Of a stretch of DNA of 64,000 nt, positions 59,629-64,000 are shown piece after piece. The notes under the pieces were generated by a model. It made no database searches and was not told the DNA's origin. It saw nothing but the letters and a program-made list of their open reading frames with translations. Made by a program: the position numbers and the translations under genes. The stretch is taken from assembly GCA_905233755.1 (NCBI GenBank), contig CAJODM010000010.1, forward strand, positions 18,823 through 82,822, in the 5' to 3' direction. Position 1 is the stretch's first letter. Each line of letters opens with the position of its first letter. Source of the DNA: an uncultured Ruminococcus sp. GTDB lineage: Bacteria; Bacillota; Clostridia; Oscillospirales; Acutalibacteraceae.

Positions 59629-59772
59629 CGGACGTTTCCTCGGCACCGTAGGGACGGTGACCACACCGTCCGCCCACACGGACGTTTCCTCGGCACTGTA
59701 GGGACGGTGACCACACCGTCCGCCCACACGGACGTTTCCTCGGCACTGTAGGGACGGTGACCACACCGTCCG
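59629..59772. repeat. 50-bp tandem repeat x2.9, each with a GTAG-type REP hairpin
   Basis: Units start at 59629, 59679, 59729; GTAG-GGACGGTG-ACCA-CACCGTCC. Confidence 0.9.
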
Positions 59773-59838
59773 AATATCAATCCAAAAATCCGCAGGATTT
59801 TCCCACAACTCTTCACTCTTCACCATTCACTATTCACT

Positions 59839-59872
59839 AAAAAGAAGGAGCTGCCGCGACAGCGACAGCTCC
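59839..59872 (-). terminator. eno terminator
   Basis: Minus strand GGAGCTGTCGC/GCGGCAGCTCC followed by TTCTTTTT. Confidence 0.88.
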
Positions 59873-59899
59873 GGGATAGTGAATTGTCAGACCGATCGG

Positions 59900-61210
<1,311 letters not shown>

Positions 61211-61241
61211 TTACAAAAAATTCCGGATTTCCGTTGCCATC

Positions 61242-61270
61242 AGTATAGCATACGAAATCCGGCTTTTCAA
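61242..61270 (-). promoter_or_regulatory. sigmaA promoter of eno
   Basis: TTGAAA-N17-TATACT with TGn. Confidence 0.75.
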
Positions 61271-61370
61271 TAGCATGAGGGAAAAATAGCTGAAAAATCA
61301 CACGAGTTTCATCCCACTCTACTGCATAATCACGAAAGTTCCGCATATAGTATGCAGTGGGTGATTATTT

Positions 61371-61847
61371 ATGTATAAGAAGAATTGGAAGACCTTTGTG
61401 CTGTGGATCCTGCTGACCGAGGCGGTCGGCGGGCTGTCGGCGCTGCTCACGCGCGACGGGATGGAGCGGTATGCCGCCGAGACGATTCAGCCGCCGCTGT
61501 CGCCGCCGTCGGTGGTGTTCCCGATCGTGTGGACGGTGCTGTACCTGCTGATGGGGATCGGCGCGGCGATGGTCGCCCTCAACGGCAGGGGCGAGGACCG
61601 GAAGATCGCGCTGTGGCTCTATGGCGGCCAGCTGCTGTTCAACTTTCTGTGGAGCATCATCTTCTTCAACATGCGGGCGTATCTGGTCGCGCTGATCTGG
61701 ATCATCGTGCTGTGGGTGCTGATCCTGTTGATGATGATCTACTTCTACCGCGTCAGCCGCACCGCCGCCCGGCTGCAGATACCGTATATCCTGTGGGTCG
61801 CCTTTGCCACCTATCTGACCGCCGCGGTGTTCGCCCTCAACGGCTAG
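61371..61847 (+). CDS. tspO: TspO/MBR tryptophan-rich sensory protein
   Basis: PP..VFPIVWTVLY.LMG, QLLFNFLWSIIFF, IPYILWVAFATYL. Confidence 0.92.
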   Translation: MYKKNWKTFVLWILLTEAVGGLSALLTRDGMERYAAETIQPPLSPPSVVFPIVWTVLYLLMGIGAAMVALNGRGEDRKIALWLYGGQLLFNFLWSIIFFNMRAYLVALIWIIVLWVLILLMMIYFYRVSRTAARLQIPYILWVAFATYLTAAVFALNG

Positions 61848-61871
61848 GCATCCGGTACAATATCCGTACTC

Positions 61872-61981
61872 GCTGAAAAATGGCAATATTTCGGCAATTC
61901 TCGGCTTATCAATCTTGGCAGGCGCCAGCCTGCCTGCACTTTCTGCACCGATACTTGCTCGAAATCTTGCTCATTTTCAGT
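61872..61981. other. Rod-shaped hairpin, copy C of the apical-motif family
   Basis: 61873-61904 pairs with 61948-61980; 19-mer 61919-61937 identical to copy A. Confidence 0.75.
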
Positions 61982-62128
61982 TCTTCTAAGTTTTGCCGGA
62001 GCAGATTTCCGTCCGATCGCGGCAAAGCCACAGGGAACCCTGACGGGTTCACGAGGATTTTAACAAAGAGCGGGCGGAAATATGCCCGTCAAAACCGGGT
62101 TCGGATATTGCATCGAATGCCTAGGTGG

Positions 62129-62157
62129 TTGCAAAACCCCGCCCGATGTGGTATATT
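62129..62157 (+). promoter_or_regulatory. sigmaA promoter of tdk
   Basis: TTGCAA-N17-TATATT with TGn. Confidence 0.7.
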
Positions 62158-62191
62158 CTTCATAGGATAAGAGAAAGAGGAATGTACCGCG

Positions 62192-62764
62192 ATGGCAAAA
62201 CTGTATTTCAAATACGGCGCGATGGGCTCGTCCAAGTCCGCCAACGCCCTGATCACCAAGTTCAACTATGAGGAGCGCGGGATGACCGTCTGGCTGATCA
62301 AGCCCTCGACCGACGACCGCGACGGCGCGGATCATATCCGCTCGCGCATCGGGCTCGACGCCGTTGCCGACGTGATCCGTCCGGACGACGACGTCCGACA
62401 GCGGCTGAGGAGCCATTGTGACATCGACGTCATCATCGCCGACGAGAGCCAGTTCTTCACCGCCTTGCAGATCGACCAGCTGCGCGAGATCGTGGATCGG
62501 CAGGATATACCGGTGCTGTGCTTTGGGCTGAGGACGGACTTTCGGACCCGGCTGTTCCCGGGATCTCAGCGGCTGTTCGAGGTCGCCGACTCTATCACCG
62601 AGATCAAGACCGTCTGCGCCTGCGGGTCAAAGGCGATCGTCAACGCGCGCATCGACGACTGCGGCAACATCGTTACCACGGGCGAGCAGGTGCTGCTCGG
62701 CGGCAACGACCGGTACGTCGCGATGTGCCACCGCTGCTGGTCGAAGGCGATCGGACAGCAATAG
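62192..62764 (+). CDS. tdk: Thymidine kinase
   Basis: YGAMGSSKS, DESQF, FGLRTDF, CACG...MCHRC. Confidence 0.96.
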   Translation: MAKLYFKYGAMGSSKSANALITKFNYEERGMTVWLIKPSTDDRDGADHIRSRIGLDAVADVIRPDDDVRQRLRSHCDIDVIIADESQFFTALQIDQLREIVDRQDIPVLCFGLRTDFRTRLFPGSQRLFEVADSITEIKTVCACGSKAIVNARIDDCGNIVTTGEQVLLGGNDRYVAMCHRCWSKAIGQQ

Positions 62765-62767
62765 AAT

Positions 62768-62817
62768 CCAAAAATCCGAAGCGTTTCCCGCAACTCTTCA
62801 CTTTTTCATCTTCACTA
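62768..62817. repeat. Third copy of the heptamer-array repeat that forms the cassette ends
   Basis: TTTCCCGCAACTCTTCACT (62784-62802) is the exact reverse complement of 58531-58549. Confidence 0.85.
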
Positions 62818-62820
62818 TCG

Positions 62821-62857
62821 AAAACCGGGCTGTCGTGCTGACAGCCCGGTTCTTATT
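62821..62857. terminator. Bidirectional terminator between tdk and ade
   Basis: AACCGGGCTGTC/GACAGCCCGGTT with A/T tracts on both sides. Confidence 0.85.
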
Positions 62858-64000
62858 CTTCTTCTGCCTCGATCGAGAGGAACCGCTGGTGCGTGACGTC
62901 GAACAGCCCGCGGTCGGTGAGCTTGAGCTCGGGGATCACCGGCAGCGACATGAAGCACAGCGTGACGATCGGGTCGAGCGCCTCGCGCACGCCCAGCTGC
63001 TCGATTGCACACCGCTCGACGCGGTGCAGCCGGTCGCGCACCTGTTCGGCGGGGCAGTCGCTCATCAGCCCGGCTATCGGCAGCGGCAGGCACTCGAGCA
63101 CCGTATGATCGAGCGTGACGACGATCCCGCCGCGCTGGTCGATCAGTTGCTCGACGGCGAACGCCATCTCGTCCTCGCTGACGCCGACGACGAGGATATT
63201 GTGCGAGTCGTGCCCCACGGTCAGCGCGATCGCGCCGCGCCGGATGCCGTACCCGCGGATCAGCGCGTTCGCGACCTTGCCGGTATGATGGTGGCGCTCG
63301 ATGACCGATATCCGCGCCACATCGTCGAGCGCGTGATACAGGAGCGTCCCGTTCTCATCGCGGTCGATCCGGGCGATCCCGCAGCCGGTCACCACGGTAT
63401 CGGGACGCACGTCGATGACGTGAACCCTGTCGGAAGTGAGCCGCAGCCGCAGCCGCTCGGGTGAGAAATCCGCGACGTGCATGCTGTTGGCGACCGGGCC
63501 CGGGTCCTCGCGGGTGAGGGGGAGCAGGTAGCGCCCGTCCTCGGCGACAAGCTCGCCCCCGATCCATACCGCCGTGATATGAAAGTCCGACAGATCGTCG
63601 GCGAGCACGATATCTGCCCGCCTGTGGGGGGCGATCGCCCCGCGATCCGTCAGCCCGTAACACTCGGCGGCGTTGAGCGTTGCCATCTGCACCGCTGTGA
63701 TGGGATCGACGCCGCAGCAGACGCACACCCTGAGCAGATCGTCGATATCCCCGTGTGTCAGCAGATCGACCGACTGGCGGTCGTCAGAGCACAGCAGACA
63801 CCGCCGCGCGGCATACTCGTCGAGCCCCTCGAGCAGCATCGGCAGCTCGCGGCACGCAGAGCCGTAGCGCAGCTGGACATACATCCCGCCGTCGAGCCGC
63901 TCGCGCATCTGATGGATGGAGCCGCACTCGTGGTCGGTGCGGATCCCCGCCGCCAGATATCCCATAAGGGAGCTGCCGTCGAGCGACGGCGCGTGGCCGT
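62853..64000 (-). CDS. ade: Adenine deaminase, 5'-truncated by window edge
   Basis: DGHAP, TDHEC, CSDDR, HDSHN, LPIAGLMS, LSLPVIPELKLTDRGLFDV-like C-terminus. Confidence 0.93.
   Translation of the reverse strand, partial: GHAPSLDGSSLMGYLAAGIRTDHECGSIHQMRERLDGGMYVQLRYGSACRELPMLLEGLDEYAARRCLLCSDDRQSVDLLTHGDIDDLLRVCVCCGVDPITAVQMATLNAAECYGLTDRGAIAPHRRADIVLADDLSDFHITAVWIGGELVAEDGRYLLPLTREDPGPVANSMHVADFSPERLRLRLTSDRVHVIDVRPDTVVTGCGIARIDRDENGTLLYHALDDVARISVIERHHHTGKVANALIRGYGIRRGAIALTVGHDSHNILVVGVSEDEMAFAVEQLIDQRGGIVVTLDHTVLECLPLPIAGLMSDCPAEQVRDRLHRVERCAIEQLGVREALDPIVTLCFMSLPVIPELKLTDRGLFDVTHQRFLSIEAEEE

Larger units (their letters stand above)
58505..59843. mobile_element. Putative non-autonomous cassette bounded by 45-bp inverted repeats
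   Basis: 58505-58549 and 59799-59843 are reverse complements at 44/45; no transposase or recombinase inside. Confidence 0.5.

Noticed and set aside
59629-59772. CRISPR array
   Set aside because: Units are head-to-tail with no unique spacers, and no cas genes are present
62015-62060. c-di-GMP-I riboswitch suggested by GCAAAGCCACAGG
   Set aside because: Lacks the upstream GGCAAAC/GNRA stem and the GACGCAAAGC context

Overview
High-GC Firmicute chromosomal window, most likely a Ruminococcus-like Oscillospiraceae (inferred from a Ruminococcus-type dockerin, CBM26-like modules, pdaB and gene order). In order: 3' part of an EF-G paralogue; pdaB; a secreted metallophosphoesterase-dockerin-2xCBM26 protein; msmX divergent from a raffinose/alpha-galactoside cluster (ABC transporter, AraC, GH36, galK, galT, fructokinase, amylosucrase-like GH13, O-acetyltransferase); three accessory genes beside tRNA-Ile2(CAU); a PyrR-type attenuated pyr operon that also contains an FN3-CHAP hydrolase gene and guaB; the complete S10-spc-alpha ribosomal cluster; a 1.3 kb repeat-rich cassette between rplQ and eno; tspO, tdk and partial ade. 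Two signals are not explained by ordinary annotation. (1) Three intergenic rod-shaped hairpins of about 110-160 nt share an apical 19-mer CAGGCGCCAGCCTGCCTGC although one has an unrelated stem. (2) The rplQ-eno cassette is bounded by 45-bp inverted repeats and carries an orphan phage-initiator-like gene with iteron-like 21-bp repeats, GTAG-type REP tandem repeats and heptamer arrays. All family assignments come from motif recognition by eye; no database searches or folding computations were run.
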